DNA from: Betaproteobacteria bacterium
GTDB lineage: Bacteria; Acidobacteriota; Vicinamibacteria; Vicinamibacterales; CAVVIG01
NCBI GenBank assembly: GCA_050257855.1
Contig: JBLMXQ010000028.1
Span: 241 to 64,240 of the forward strand
Direction of reading: 5' to 3'
Length of the DNA: 64,000 bases
In this document: positions 53,903 through 63,993 of the stretch, piece after piece
How positions within the stretch are numbered: the stretch's first letter is position 1
Layout: each line of letters begins with the position of its first letter
Translations under genes and position numbers: made by a program
The notes under the pieces: model-generated
What the model was told of the DNA's origin: nothing
The model's input: only the letters and a program-made list of their open reading frames with translations
Database searches by the model: none

Positions 53903-56569
53903 ATGCGGACCCGTTCCACGCCTTCCGTTCGCGCGGCGGCGCTCGCCGCGCTGCTCGCGCTGCCCGCGGCGGCTGCCGGACAGCGGGCCGTCCCCACGCC
54001 CGAGTCGGTGTTCGGCTTCAAGCCGGGCGCGGACTACAAGCTGGCGACGTACGAGCAGTCGGTCGCCTACTTCAAGAAGCTGGCGGCGTCGACGAAGTAC
54101 ATGACTCTCGTCGAGGCCGGACGCACCAGCGAGGGACGGCCGATGTACTTCGCGCTGATCTCCACGCCCGAGAACCTGGCGAACGTCGATCGCTACCGAG
54201 AGATCTCGCGGCGGCTGGCGCATCCAGAAGGGCTGACCGAGGCGCAGGCGGAGCAGCTCGCGCGCGAGGGGAAGGCGTTCGTGCACCTCGACGGCGGGCT
54301 GCACTCGACCGAAGTGGCCGGCGCGCAGCAGACGCCGCAGCTCGCGTACGACCTCGTGAGCCGCGCCGCCGACCCGGGCGTCAAGGCGATTCTCGACAAC
54401 GTGATCGTCATGCTGTGGCCGACGATCAACCCTGACGGCCAGCAGATCGTCGCGTCCTGGTACATGAAGAACGTCGGCACGCCGTACGAGCTGTCGCCGG
54501 TGCCGGAGCTGTATCAGGAGTACGTCGGCCACGACAACAACCGCGACGCGTACATGCTGAACATGATCGAGTCGCGCGTGATCGAGCACACGTGGCGCGA
54601 CTGGGAGCCGCAGATCATCTACGTGCAGCATCAGTCCGGCCCGTTCCCGACCCGCATCTGGCTGCCGCCCTTCTCCGAGCCGGTCGGCGCCGATGCGCCG
54701 TTCCTGATGTCGCGCGAAGTGAACATGATCGGCATGGCGATCGCGAAGGGCCTCGAGGAGCACGGCCAGGTCGGCGCGACACACATGGGAACGGCGTTCG
54801 ACGCCTGGTATCCCGGCTACATCGACTACGCGCCCAACTTCAAGAACATCGCCGCGTTCTGGACGGAGACGGCGCTCTACCAGTACGCCACGCCGCACAA
54901 GTACACGATGGAGGACTTCCCGGAGAACATGCGGGACCTGCGGCCGCGCAGCCTCTATTCCAGCCCGTGGCCGCCCGGATGGTGGCGTCTGGGCGACGCG
55001 GTCGCGTACATGGAGACGGCGTCGCTGTCGGTGCTCGAGTACGCGTCGAAATACAAGGAGTCGCTGCTGCTCGACCGCTACAAGGCCGGCCGGGCCCAGA
55101 TCGAACGGGGTCGGACGCAGGCGCCCTACGCCTACCTCGTGCCGCAGGCGCAGCGGGATCCCGAGGCCGCCGTCGAGCTGCTCCGGCGCCTGGCGTTCGG
55201 AGGCGTGCGCGTCGCGCAACTCGGAGAGGCTGCGGACATCGGCGGCGCCACGTACCCGGCCGGCACGTGGGTCGTGCCGATGGATCAGGAGTTCGCGGCG
55301 ATGGCGCGCGAGGTCCTGGACGTCCAGCACTACCCCGATCTCCGTCAGTATCCAGGCGGTCCGCCCGAACGGCCGTACGATGCGGCCGGCTGGACGCTGC
55401 CGCTGCAGATGGGCGTGCACGTCGTCGTCTCCAACGAGCCGCTCGATGCGGCTGTCCGGGCGCAGATGAAGCCGCTTGGCCCGCCGCCGGATCCCAGAGC
55501 GAAGCCGACGCCGTACCCCGTCGGGCCCGACGCCGCGCCGTTCGACAGCGTGCCCGGCCGCGGCTTCGACACGAATCCCGCCGCGGCCGTCATCATTCCC
55601 CCGCCCGGGCGCATCACGGGATCGGGTCCGCTGCTCGTCGTCGATCCGGCCCAGAACAACGCGTTCCGCGCGCTGAACGCGGCGTGGACGCAGGGCGCCA
55701 CCGTCGAGCGCCTGGCCGGGCCCTCAGGCGTGCGGTATGCCATCGCCGGCCTCTCCGAATCCGCGCAGGAGTCGCTCGTCGCGTCGCTGGCGCTGTCGGC
55801 CGAACGGACCAGCGCCCGCGGCGTTCCGATCAAGCGCCCCCGCATCGGGCTCTATCGCCCCTGGACCGGCTCAATGGACGAGGGCTGGACGCGCTGGGTC
55901 CTCGAGCAGTATGGCTTCCAGTACGTCGTCCTTCGCGCGGCCGACTTTCACACGAAGATCGCCGACAAAGTGGACGTCATCGTCCTCGCCGACGACGCGC
56001 GGCTGCCGCTCGAGGGGCAGCCGGCCCCGCGCGGATTCGGCGGCCGCGGCGGCGCGCCCCGGCCCGTCCGGCCGGAGTACGCGTACGCGCTGACGCGCGA
56101 CGACGTGCACGCGTTCGAGCAGTTCGTCCGCGACGGCGGCACGCTTGTGTGCCTGAACAACGCGGCGACGTTCCCGATCCAGCAGTTCCAGCTGCCGGTG
56201 CGGAACGCGGTCGCCGGCCTCAGGCCGGAGGACTTCTTCCTGCGCGGATCGATTGTCGAAGTGCAGACCGATCCGAAGCACCCGGTGATGGCCGGCATGC
56301 CCGAGAAGGCCGACGTCTTCGCGGACGCCAGCCCGGTGTTCGATCTGCTCGCCGGATTCAACGGCACGGTGCTGGCGCAGTATCAGACAGAGGGGTCGCC
56401 GCTGCGGTCGGGATATCTCATCGGCGAGAACCATCTGCACGGCAAGGCCGCGGCCGTGGACGTCCGGCTCGGCGCCGGCCACGTCGTGCTCCTCGGCTTC
56501 CGTCCCCAGTGGCGCGGCCAGCCGTTCGGCACGTTCCGGGTCCTCTTCAACGCGGTCCTTCCCCAGTAG
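53903..56569 (+). CDS. secreted M14-family zinc carboxypeptidase-like protein with a large C-terminal extension (888 aa)
   Basis: ATG 53903 gives the signal MRTRSTPSVRAAALAALLALPAAAAGQ. ..YEQSVAYFKKLAA..GRTSEGRPMYFALIS.., Zn motif HLDGGLHSTEVAG (HxxE), ..WPTINPDGQ.., ..GHDNNRD... Confidence 0.8.
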   Translation: MRTRSTPSVRAAALAALLALPAAAAGQRAVPTPESVFGFKPGADYKLATYEQSVAYFKKLAASTKYMTLVEAGRTSEGRPMYFALISTPENLANVDRYREISRRLAHPEGLTEAQAEQLAREGKAFVHLDGGLHSTEVAGAQQTPQLAYDLVSRAADPGVKAILDNVIVMLWPTINPDGQQIVASWYMKNVGTPYELSPVPELYQEYVGHDNNRDAYMLNMIESRVIEHTWRDWEPQIIYVQHQSGPFPTRIWLPPFSEPVGADAPFLMSREVNMIGMAIAKGLEEHGQVGATHMGTAFDAWYPGYIDYAPNFKNIAAFWTETALYQYATPHKYTMEDFPENMRDLRPRSLYSSPWPPGWWRLGDAVAYMETASLSVLEYASKYKESLLLDRYKAGRAQIERGRTQAPYAYLVPQAQRDPEAAVELLRRLAFGGVRVAQLGEAADIGGATYPAGTWVVPMDQEFAAMAREVLDVQHYPDLRQYPGGPPERPYDAAGWTLPLQMGVHVVVSNEPLDAAVRAQMKPLGPPPDPRAKPTPYPVGPDAAPFDSVPGRGFDTNPAAAVIIPPPGRITGSGPLLVVDPAQNNAFRALNAAWTQGATVERLAGPSGVRYAIAGLSESAQESLVASLALSAERTSARGVPIKRPRIGLYRPWTGSMDEGWTRWVLEQYGFQYVVLRAADFHTKIADKVDVIVLADDARLPLEGQPAPRGFGGRGGAPRPVRPEYAYALTRDDVHAFEQFVRDGGTLVCLNNAATFPIQQFQLPVRNAVAGLRPEDFFLRGSIVEVQTDPKHPVMAGMPEKADVFADASPVFDLLAGFNGTVLAQYQTEGSPLRSGYLIGENHLHGKAAAVDVRLGAGHVVLLGFRPQWRGQPFGTFRVLFNAVLPQ

Positions 56570-56571
56570 GT

Positions 56572-59500
56572 TCAGACTTTCAGGACGTCGTCGTCCTTCG
56601 CGACGAGCGTGTAGAGGACCGGGGCCAGGAAGATCGAGAGTGCCAGGCGCGAGACGAGGCCGCCGACGATGACGATGGCGAACGGCTTCTGCGAGTCGCT
56701 GCCGATGCCGGTCGACATCGCCGCCGGCAGCAGCCCGATGCAGGCGACCAGGGCGGTCATCATGATCGGCCGCAGCCGCAGCAGCGACGCCTCGTGCGTC
56801 GCCGTCACGATGTCCTTGCCTTCGAGCCGCAGCTTGTTGATGAACGAGTAGAGGATCACGCTGGTCTGCACGGACACGCCCATCAGGGCCACGAACCCGA
56901 ACCCGGACGACACGCTGAAGTTGGTGTGGGTCAGGACCAGCGCCAGGAACCCGCCCACGGGCACCGTCACCAGGACGCTGAACATGATGATCGCCGGGAA
57001 CTTCAGATTGCCGTACAGCGCGAAGAGGATCAGCAGAATCAGCACGACCGTGAGCGGCACGATGAACATCATCTGCGAGCGCGCCGCCAGATAATCCTTG
57101 TACTCCCCGCCCCAGTCGAACGTGTACCCGATCGGCAGGTGCACCGCCGCATTCACCGCCTTCTGGGCGTCGGCGACCGCGCTCGCCAGGTCGCGTCCCT
57201 CGACGCTGAACTGGATGCCGATGAAGCGCGAGTTGGCCTCGCGGTAGATGAACGACGCGCCCTTGCTGATCTTGATGTCGGCGAACTGGCTGAGCGGAAG
57301 CTGCTGCCCGTCCGGCGTCGCGATCAGGATGTTCCTGATCGCCTCCATGTTCCGCCGGAACGGCTCCTGCAGCCGGACCACGAGGTCGAAGGAGCGCTCG
57401 CCCTGGATGACCTGCGTCGCGGGCGCACCCCCGACGGCCGTTTCAATCAGCGTGTTGATGTCGGCGACGTTGAGGCCGTACCGCGCGATCTTGGCGCGGT
57501 CCGGCTCGATCGTCAGGCTGGGCTGGCCGAGCTCCCGCACGACCGTGATGTGGTCGATGCCGGGCACGCGCGATATGACCTTCTGCACCTGATTGGCCTT
57601 CTGTTCCAGTGTCGAGAGATCCGGACCGAATATCTTGACGGCCAGCGAGCTCTTGAGGCCGGTTTCCGCCTCGTCCACCGCGTCTTCGGCCGGCTGCGTG
57701 TAGTTGAAGATGATGCCGGGAAACGCGCTCAGCTTCCTGTGGATGGCGTCGATCAGTTCCGCTTTCGTCCGGATGCTGCCGCTCCAGGCCGGATCTTCGT
57801 ACGGCTTCAGGCCGACGTAGTACTCGTCGTTGAAGAACCCGATCGGATCGGTGCCATCGTCCGGCCGACCGAGCTCGTTGGCCACGGTGGTGACCTGCGG
57901 GAACGTGAGCAGCAGGCTGCGAACCTGGGGCCCGAGCTTCGAGGCCTCGTCGAACGAGATCGTGTACGGCATCGTGGCGCGGACCCAGAGCGCGCCTTCG
58001 TCGAGGTGCGGCATGAACTCCGCCCCGATGAACGGCACGAGCAGAAGCGATGCGCCGAACACCGCCAGACACACCACCGTCGTTCCGATCGGCTGGCGGA
58101 GGCAGACCTCGAGCAGCCGCCCGTACGCCTGGAGCACGCGCTCGTACAGCGGCACCACCGGCTCCTTGACGTGCCGGCGCAGGAAGATGGCGCACAGTAC
58201 CGGCAGGAGGGTCAGCGAGCACAGCAGCGCGCCGACCAGCGCGAACGCCATGGTGTCGGCCATCGGACGGAACAGGCGGCCCGACGGCCCGGTGAGGACG
58301 TAGATTGGAAGGTACCCGGCGATGATGACCGCGATCGCGTAGAAGATCGGGCGCTCCACGTCCTTCGCCGCGGAGCGGATGACGGAAATCAGGTCGTACT
58401 TGTGGTCGTGGCGCGCGGCGAGCTCACGGAAGATGTTCTCCACCATCACCACGGCGCCGTCGACGATCATGCCGAAGTCGATCGCCCCGATGGAGAGGAG
58501 GTTCGCGGGGATGTGGGCCCAGTCGAGGCAGATGAACGAGAACAGCAGGGCGAATGGAATCGTGACCGCCACGATAAGCGCCGTGCGGACGCTGAACAGG
58601 AACAGGCCCAGCACCACGAGCACGAGCAGCATCCCGCGAACCAGGTTCCGCTCGACCGTCCGCGTGGTCTCCTCGATGAGCTGCGTCCGGTCGTAGTACG
58701 GCACGATCTTCACGTCGGGCGGCAGCACCGAGCGGTTCAGCGTCGCCGTCAGCGCCTCGATCTTCTTGAGCAGCACCTGCGCCTGCTCGCCGACGCGCAT
58801 CAGGATGACGCCCTCGACCGCGTCGTTGTCGTGCATGAACCCGAACTGCCCGAGGCGCGGCGCGTGACCGATCGTCACGTTGCCGACGTCCTTGATGAGC
58901 ACCGGGATCCCGTTGTGCGTCGCGACGACGATGTTGCCGATGTCGTCCAGCGACCGCACCAGGCCGATCCCCCGCACGTAGTAGAACTGGCCGCCCTGTG
59001 AGTAGAAGCCGCCGCCGGCGTTCGCGTTGTTGGCTGCGAGCTGCGCCGTCACCTGCGACACCGACACGCCGTACGACGCGAGGCGATTCGGATCGATCTG
59101 CACCTGGTACTGCATCGTGGTGCCGCCGAGACCGGAGTCGTCCGCGACCCCCTGAATGGCTCGGTACTTCCGCGCCAGGACCCAGTCGTTGAGGGTCTTC
59201 AGATCCTGCGCGGACCAGTCAGGGCTCCGGAGCACGTAGCGGTAGATCAGCCCGCTCGGGCTGAAGAGCGGCGACATGCCCGCCGAGACGCCCTGCGGAA
59301 GCTCGGCGTCGGCGATCCGCTCGAACGCCTGCTGGCGCGCGAAGTACGGGTCGGTGTCGAACTGGAAGTTCATCGTCACCGACGAGAGGCCGTACAGCGA
59401 GATCGACCGGAGCGCGTCGAGCTTCGGGATGCCGTTCATCTCCACTTCGAGCGGGATGGTGATCAGGCGCTCCACCTCCTCGGCGGCGTGCCCGGGCCAC

Positions 59501-59655
59501 TGCGTCACGATCTGCACGCGCGGCGGCGCCAGGTCCGGATAGGCGTCGATCGGCAGGTTCTTGAACGAGACGATGCCCCAGATCGACAGGCAGATCATCG
59601 CGACGACGACGATGAACCGCTGCGAGAGCGCGAACGAAACGATGCGATTGATCAT
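56572..59655 (-). CDS. CzcA/CusA-family heavy-metal efflux RND transporter (1027 aa)
   Basis: MINRIVSFALSQRFIVVVAMICLSIWGIVSFKNLPIDAYPDL.. is the typical HME-RND N-terminus. 12-TM/two-large-loop architecture and typical length. Confidence 0.95.
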   Translation of the reverse strand: MINRIVSFALSQRFIVVVAMICLSIWGIVSFKNLPIDAYPDLAPPRVQIVTQWPGHAAEEVERLITIPLEVEMNGIPKLDALRSISLYGLSSVTMNFQFDTDPYFARQQAFERIADAELPQGVSAGMSPLFSPSGLIYRYVLRSPDWSAQDLKTLNDWVLARKYRAIQGVADDSGLGGTTMQYQVQIDPNRLASYGVSVSQVTAQLAANNANAGGGFYSQGGQFYYVRGIGLVRSLDDIGNIVVATHNGIPVLIKDVGNVTIGHAPRLGQFGFMHDNDAVEGVILMRVGEQAQVLLKKIEALTATLNRSVLPPDVKIVPYYDRTQLIEETTRTVERNLVRGMLLVLVVLGLFLFSVRTALIVAVTIPFALLFSFICLDWAHIPANLLSIGAIDFGMIVDGAVVMVENIFRELAARHDHKYDLISVIRSAAKDVERPIFYAIAVIIAGYLPIYVLTGPSGRLFRPMADTMAFALVGALLCSLTLLPVLCAIFLRRHVKEPVVPLYERVLQAYGRLLEVCLRQPIGTTVVCLAVFGASLLLVPFIGAEFMPHLDEGALWVRATMPYTISFDEASKLGPQVRSLLLTFPQVTTVANELGRPDDGTDPIGFFNDEYYVGLKPYEDPAWSGSIRTKAELIDAIHRKLSAFPGIIFNYTQPAEDAVDEAETGLKSSLAVKIFGPDLSTLEQKANQVQKVISRVPGIDHITVVRELGQPSLTIEPDRAKIARYGLNVADINTLIETAVGGAPATQVIQGERSFDLVVRLQEPFRRNMEAIRNILIATPDGQQLPLSQFADIKISKGASFIYREANSRFIGIQFSVEGRDLASAVADAQKAVNAAVHLPIGYTFDWGGEYKDYLAARSQMMFIVPLTVVLILLILFALYGNLKFPAIIMFSVLVTVPVGGFLALVLTHTNFSVSSGFGFVALMGVSVQTSVILYSFINKLRLEGKDIVTATHEASLLRLRPIMMTALVACIGLLPAAMSTGIGSDSQKPFAIVIVGGLVSRLALSIFLAPVLYTLVAKDDDVLKV

Positions 59656-59661
59656 GGCGCG

Positions 59662-60840
59662 CTACTGCCCGTACGTGTTTGCGAACTGCAGGAACACGCT
59701 CCCCTGCCCGACCACCGCGTCGCCGGCCTTCAGCCCGTCGGCGATCTGCGTCTCGTCGTCCTGCTGCGCGCCGAGCGTGACCAGGCGCTGCGCGAACTTG
59801 CCGGGCTCCATCTGCACGTAGACGAACGGCATGTTGTTCTCGTCGTACAGCACCGCCGCCGTCGGCACGACCAGCACGTTCTGCCGGGTCCGGTTGTGGA
59901 GGATCACGTCGACGAAGAGGTCCTTCTTCAGCAGCCCGTCGGTGTTCCGCGTCACGATGCGGACCGGCGTCGTGCGGGTCGCCGGGTCGAGCATCTCGCC
60001 GATGTACGACACCGTGCCGTGGAACACGACCGGCAGCGCCGACTGGCGCACGTCCGCCGTGTCGCCCACGTGCACCCTGGACAGGTCCTTGTCGTAGAGA
60101 TGCCCCTGGACCCACACCGTCGACACGTTGCTGATCACGAAGGCCGTCGTCGCGCCGGCCTGGATGAACTGCCCCGGCAGCACCAGCTTCTGGACGACGG
60201 TGCCGGCGATCGGCGCCCGCATCGCCAGCTCGGGCCGGATCGCGACGTTCTGCTGCTCCGCCTGCTCGAGGTCCTTGGCGCTGACGCCGTAGATCTTCAG
60301 CGCCTGCATGGTCGTCTGCAGATCCGTGGCGGCATCGTTGAAGTCGGCCTCCACGCCGTCCATCTCGCTCTGTGACAGCGCCTTGTGCGCCAGCAGGTCC
60401 CTGCTGCGTGTCAGCGTCCGCTGGGCGAGATCGAGCCGGTTCTTCGCCTTCCGATAGTTCGACATGGCCGTCGCCACGTCGGCGCTCGCCACGTACAGCA
60501 GCGGATCGCCGGCTTTCACGCGCGTGCCGAGGTCCACGACGATGCGCGTGACCGGGCCGCTCACCTGCGTGATCGCCTGCGTCGTCTGGTCGTTGTCCCA
60601 GTCGACCGTCCCCGTGGTCCGGACGTCGGTCGTCCAGGTGGTCAGCCGGGCCGGCACGACGCCGACGTGCTTCATCTGATCGGGTGCCACGGTGAAGTAC
60701 GCGGCCTTCGGCGTCAGGCCGGCGGCGGCCGCCTCGGCCGACCCGGGTGGCGGCGGGCCGTCGCACGCAGTGAACGAAAGGGCTCCCGCGGCCCCGATCA
60801 GCATCACGGCCGCGACAGCCGACGGCGCGGCGATCCTCAT
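59662..60840 (-). CDS. efflux RND periplasmic adaptor subunit (CzcB/CusB-like), lipoprotein (392 aa)
   Basis: Signal with lipobox ..AAGALSFTAC. ..GTVDWDNDQTTQ..VSGPVTRIVVDLGTRVKAGDPLLYVASAD.. is a lipoyl/hairpin MFP pattern. The start overlaps the czcC-like stop (ATGA). Confidence 0.9.
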   Translation of the reverse strand: MRIAAPSAVAAVMLIGAAGALSFTACDGPPPPGSAEAAAAGLTPKAAYFTVAPDQMKHVGVVPARLTTWTTDVRTTGTVDWDNDQTTQAITQVSGPVTRIVVDLGTRVKAGDPLLYVASADVATAMSNYRKAKNRLDLAQRTLTRSRDLLAHKALSQSEMDGVEADFNDAATDLQTTMQALKIYGVSAKDLEQAEQQNVAIRPELAMRAPIAGTVVQKLVLPGQFIQAGATTAFVISNVSTVWVQGHLYDKDLSRVHVGDTADVRQSALPVVFHGTVSYIGEMLDPATRTTPVRIVTRNTDGLLKKDLFVDVILHNRTRQNVLVVPTAAVLYDENNMPFVYVQMEPGKFAQRLVTLGAQQDDETQIADGLKAGDAVVGQGSVFLQFANTYGQ

Positions 60841-62135
60841 TGCATCACCTGCTTTCCGACGACGAAGTTGATCTGCTCGACGCTCGTCCGGTAGGCGGCG
60901 AGCGCCTGCCGGTAGGCGAGCTCGGTCGAGCGGTACGTGCGCTCCGCGTCCAGCAAATCGAGGAGCGTGCCGCTGCCGTGCTCGTACACGTAGGTCGAGA
61001 TATCGAGCGAGTCCTTCGCCTTCTGCAAGTAGCCTCCCTGGTATAGCGAGACGATTTTGAGGTTGGACTGGTACTGCGACCAGGCGTTGACGACGTCGGT
61101 CAGCACGGCGGCGCGCGCCGCCTCCATCTGCTGGCCGGCCTGCTTCAGCGCGACCTGGCTGTGCGCGATGTTCCCCTGGTTGCGGTCGTGGAACGGCAGC
61201 TCGATCGAGATGCCGAAGCCGAGCGCATTGATGTCCCCGGCGCGGTCGTACTCGATCTCGCCGGTCAGGTCGCGCGCGCGGTTGCCGTACTCGAGCGCCA
61301 TCGCGTCCTGCGCCAGCCTGACGCTGCTCTGCGCCGCCTGCAGGTCGGGCCGCGAATCGAGCGCGGCCTGCCTCAGCGCGTCGAGCGTGACGGTCTGCGG
61401 CGTGTAGGAGAGCTCGCCGACCACGTCGAAGTCCTCGGCGAGCGCCTCGAAGCCCACGCTCTGCCGCAGCGCCGCCCTCGCCTGCGCGAGCTCCGCGTGC
61501 GCGGCGGTCAGTTCCTGCTCGAACTGGAGCCGCTGCAGCTGGATCTTGTAGAGCTCTGACTCCGCGAGATCGCCGGCAGTCACCCGCTGCTGGTTGACGT
61601 CCTCGATCTGCCGGAAGTTGTCGAGATCGCGCTGGGCGAAGTCGACGTTCGACTTTGCCAGCAGCACGCCGATGAAGGACTGCTCGGTCTCGAACGCGAG
61701 CTGGCGCTCCGCGTCGCGCGTGCTCCTCGACGCCACGTCGGTGGTGTCCTGGGCCACGGTCATGCGTTTCCGGCGCTTGCCGCCGCGCTCGAACAGATAG
61801 CTCAGCGATTCGACGTAGTTCGCGTTGTTGGCGAGGTTGTCGAGCGTCAGCCGGCTCGGGTTGAAGACCTGGAAGTTCTCGTTGGTCGAGGTCAGCACCG
61901 GGTTCGGCTTGAGCGCCGCCGTGACCTCGTCAGACTTCGACAGATCGACGTTCAGGCGCTGGGCGCGCAGCGCGGGGTTGTGCGCCAGTGCGAGACGAAC
62001 GGCGTCATCCATCGAGATGGTGCGCGCCGGCGGCGGGGCGGGGCCGGGATTGGCCTGCGCGCCGGCAAGCGCCGGCGTCCAGAGCAGCATCAGCACCGCG
62101 CCCGCATGGCGCCCGGGGAAAGTCCATCCGCGCAT
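60837..62135 (-). CDS. TolC-family outer membrane efflux protein (CzcC-like), 432 aa
   Basis: I prefer ATG 62135 (MRGWTFPGRHAGAVLMLLWTPALAGAQ) because AAGGAGA lies 7 nt upstream. The ORF-track TTG at 62156 would contain that SD. Two OEP-like repeats (..LSMDDAVRLALAHNPALRA.., ..RPDLQAAQSSVRLAQ..). Confidence 0.9.
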   Translation of the reverse strand: MRGWTFPGRHAGAVLMLLWTPALAGAQANPGPAPPPARTISMDDAVRLALAHNPALRAQRLNVDLSKSDEVTAALKPNPVLTSTNENFQVFNPSRLTLDNLANNANYVESLSYLFERGGKRRKRMTVAQDTTDVASRSTRDAERQLAFETEQSFIGVLLAKSNVDFAQRDLDNFRQIEDVNQQRVTAGDLAESELYKIQLQRLQFEQELTAAHAELAQARAALRQSVGFEALAEDFDVVGELSYTPQTVTLDALRQAALDSRPDLQAAQSSVRLAQDAMALEYGNRARDLTGEIEYDRAGDINALGFGISIELPFHDRNQGNIAHSQVALKQAGQQMEAARAAVLTDVVNAWSQYQSNLKIVSLYQGGYLQKAKDSLDISTYVYEHGSGTLLDLLDAERTYRSTELAYRQALAAYRTSVEQINFVVGKQVMQ

Positions 62136-62298
62136 CAGAGGCGATCTCCTTCGCAAATTGCACGATCACGCACGCGCTCGCGCCGCCGCCAGCCGGACGA
62201 GATGTCGAGCGAAGCGGACAACCGCAGGCGCGCCAGATACAGGTCTGCCTCGCGACGCCGTATTGGCCGCGGCGATTCGGTATCGGGTCGAACCGGAC

Positions 62299-62709
62299 TT
62301 ACGCGAGTGCGGGCGAGGGAGGACCGCGGAAGAGCGATGGAAGGGGAACGGGACAGTCAGGGGCGCCGGCGAGGGCCGGCACGATCATCCGCGAGACGAC
62401 GTCCGTGCAGGTGGCCAGCGAGAACGGCGTCTCGATGGAGGGCCCGATGCGCAGCCAGGCACAGACCGGGCAGGCGTAGTCCGGCGCGGCGGCCGGACCA
62501 TCCGGGGCCGCGGCGACACGGACGACTGCCGAAAGGGGCGCAGGGACACCGTCCGGGCGATCGGCGTGGAAGAAATCCACGAATATCGCCAGCAGCAGGT
62601 ATGGCAGACAGGCGGCGAAGAACGCCCGCCGCCAGCGCGAGTGCCAGGTGAAATGGCTCACGGGGTCTTGATCGAACGACTGGCTGGCCCGATTGTAACG
62701 AACGGGCAC
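62299..62709 (-). CDS. hypothetical membrane-anchored Cys-containing protein upstream of the czc-like operon (136 aa, or 120 aa from GTG 62661)
   Basis: TM segment FFAACLPYLLLAIFVDFFH followed by ..DYACPVCAW.. (CxxC) and two further Cys. Same strand as the czcCBA-like genes, 163 nt upstream of them. No family recognised. Confidence 0.4.
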   Translation of the reverse strand: MPVRYNRASQSFDQDPVSHFTWHSRWRRAFFAACLPYLLLAIFVDFFHADRPDGVPAPLSAVVRVAAAPDGPAAAPDYACPVCAWLRIGPSIETPFSLATCTDVVSRMIVPALAGAPDCPVPLPSLFRGPPSPALA

Positions 62710-63103
62710 ACCGTGTGCAAATCAGGAACGTCGGAGTTTTCCGGTCCAGGCGGGAATAATCCGCGCCGGCACGACGGACATCGGGAAATGGAGCCAGACG
62801 AATCCAGAAATATCGGAAATTCGCGATGTCGCCTGGGCCGGGTCGGACTGGCGAGGTGCTTGCAACTCGTGCGGGCATGGCTACAAGACGAACCCTCGAC
62901 CGCGAGCCGGGTCCGGTGCCCGAGATTCGGACGTCCGGCGACAGCGTCATGTATCACATGGAAGTGCGCGACGTCGGCCGCGACGCGCGCCTGATCATCC
63001 GGTGCGATCCGGATGGCAGCGTCTGGGCGTCCATCGATCTGCCAGACGAGCGGGAGTGGTAAGGTCGCTTTTCCCGACCGGCGACCCCACTCCCTCTCTC
63101 CAT

Positions 63104-63131
63104 CCGAATCCTGAATCCAACTCCGAATTCC
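63104..63131. repeat. second heptamer-periodic AT-rich tract CCGAATC CTGAATC CAACTCC GAATTCC (reverse complement GGAATTC GGAGTTG GATTCAG GATTCGG)
   Basis: Read directly. It begins 1 nt past the stop (63133-63135) of the minus-strand gene. On the minus strand it shares the GATTC/AATTC heptamer character of the tract at 38943-38984. Confidence 0.6.
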
Positions 63132-63132
63132 G

Positions 63133-63993
63133 TCATTTGACGAGGCGTCCGGCGGTCATGAAGCGCCGGTAGTTCGAAAACGTCTGTACGGTTCGAAGAC
63201 GCGGCACGCCAGCGTTCGTGATGATCGTGAGCGACTCGATGGACGCCGGCAGGAGCAGCATTTCGTCCGGATCGTGAAAGCGCACCGGCTTGTAGCGAAT
63301 CGTCGAGTCGGCCCGCACGATTTCCATCCACGTGGGACCGTTGGGCACGCGCTGCTTCGCGGGCACGGGCAGATCGAACCGGCCGATCAGGCGCTCGTCG
63401 AGACGCAGGACGTCGCCGGTCCCGGGATCCACCCAGACACGCCCTCCGGCCTGGCTCGGCACGTCGATGCTCACACAGTTGCCGTGCCACTTCACCGAGG
63501 CTCGCTCCGACGTCGTCGCGCGGTAGTCAATTTTCGCGGCCTCGCGGCCGTCGATCCGGTCGGTACCCGCCCACGTGAATCGATAGTCGCGGCGCCCGGC
63601 CGGCAGCAGAAACATCAGCGGCTCGGGCGAGACCGGCCTGGGATCCATGCAGGCGTCATCGTCGTCGGGCTGCGGCTTGTGGCCGTTCACCGAGACGATC
63701 TGCCGCAGCACGGTCGCGCCTTCCGGAGCCTCGCCGTCCGACGCCGGGTCCCACTGCACCCGCAGGTCGTACACGATCTGACGACCTCGGTCGCGTGGCG
63801 CCCAGTCGAACCCGAGCGGCTGCAGCCGGACGGTTTCGGTGCAGAGCACGCTGCGGGCCCGCGAGTAGTACTGCTCGACACGGGCGCCGACGCGATCGAG
63901 AAGCGCAGCCAGCCCGGCCGGCCCGGCGTCCTGCCCAGTCAGCACCGCCGACGCCATCAGCATCGCCCCGAGACACGTCGTCCACAGGCGCAC
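63133..63993 (-). CDS. secreted hypothetical protein (286 aa)
   Basis: GTG 63993 gives RLWTTCLGAMLMASAVLTGQD, which is signal-like. The frame is still open at the window edge, so the start is not certain. Protein-like composition, no family recognised. Confidence 0.6.
   Translation of the reverse strand: MRLWTTCLGAMLMASAVLTGQDAGPAGLAALLDRVGARVEQYYSRARSVLCTETVRLQPLGFDWAPRDRGRQIVYDLRVQWDPASDGEAPEGATVLRQIVSVNGHKPQPDDDDACMDPRPVSPEPLMFLLPAGRRDYRFTWAGTDRIDGREAAKIDYRATTSERASVKWHGNCVSIDVPSQAGGRVWVDPGTGDVLRLDERLIGRFDLPVPAKQRVPNGPTWMEIVRADSTIRYKPVRFHDPDEMLLLPASIESLTIITNAGVPRLRTVQTFSNYRRFMTAGRLVK

Noticed and set aside
62826-63062. The 78-aa ORF on the plus strand between the czc-like region and the last gene.
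   Set aside because: It has no RBS, no motif and no signal peptide, and it lies in a region with overlapping ORFs of similar length in other frames. Support is insufficient.
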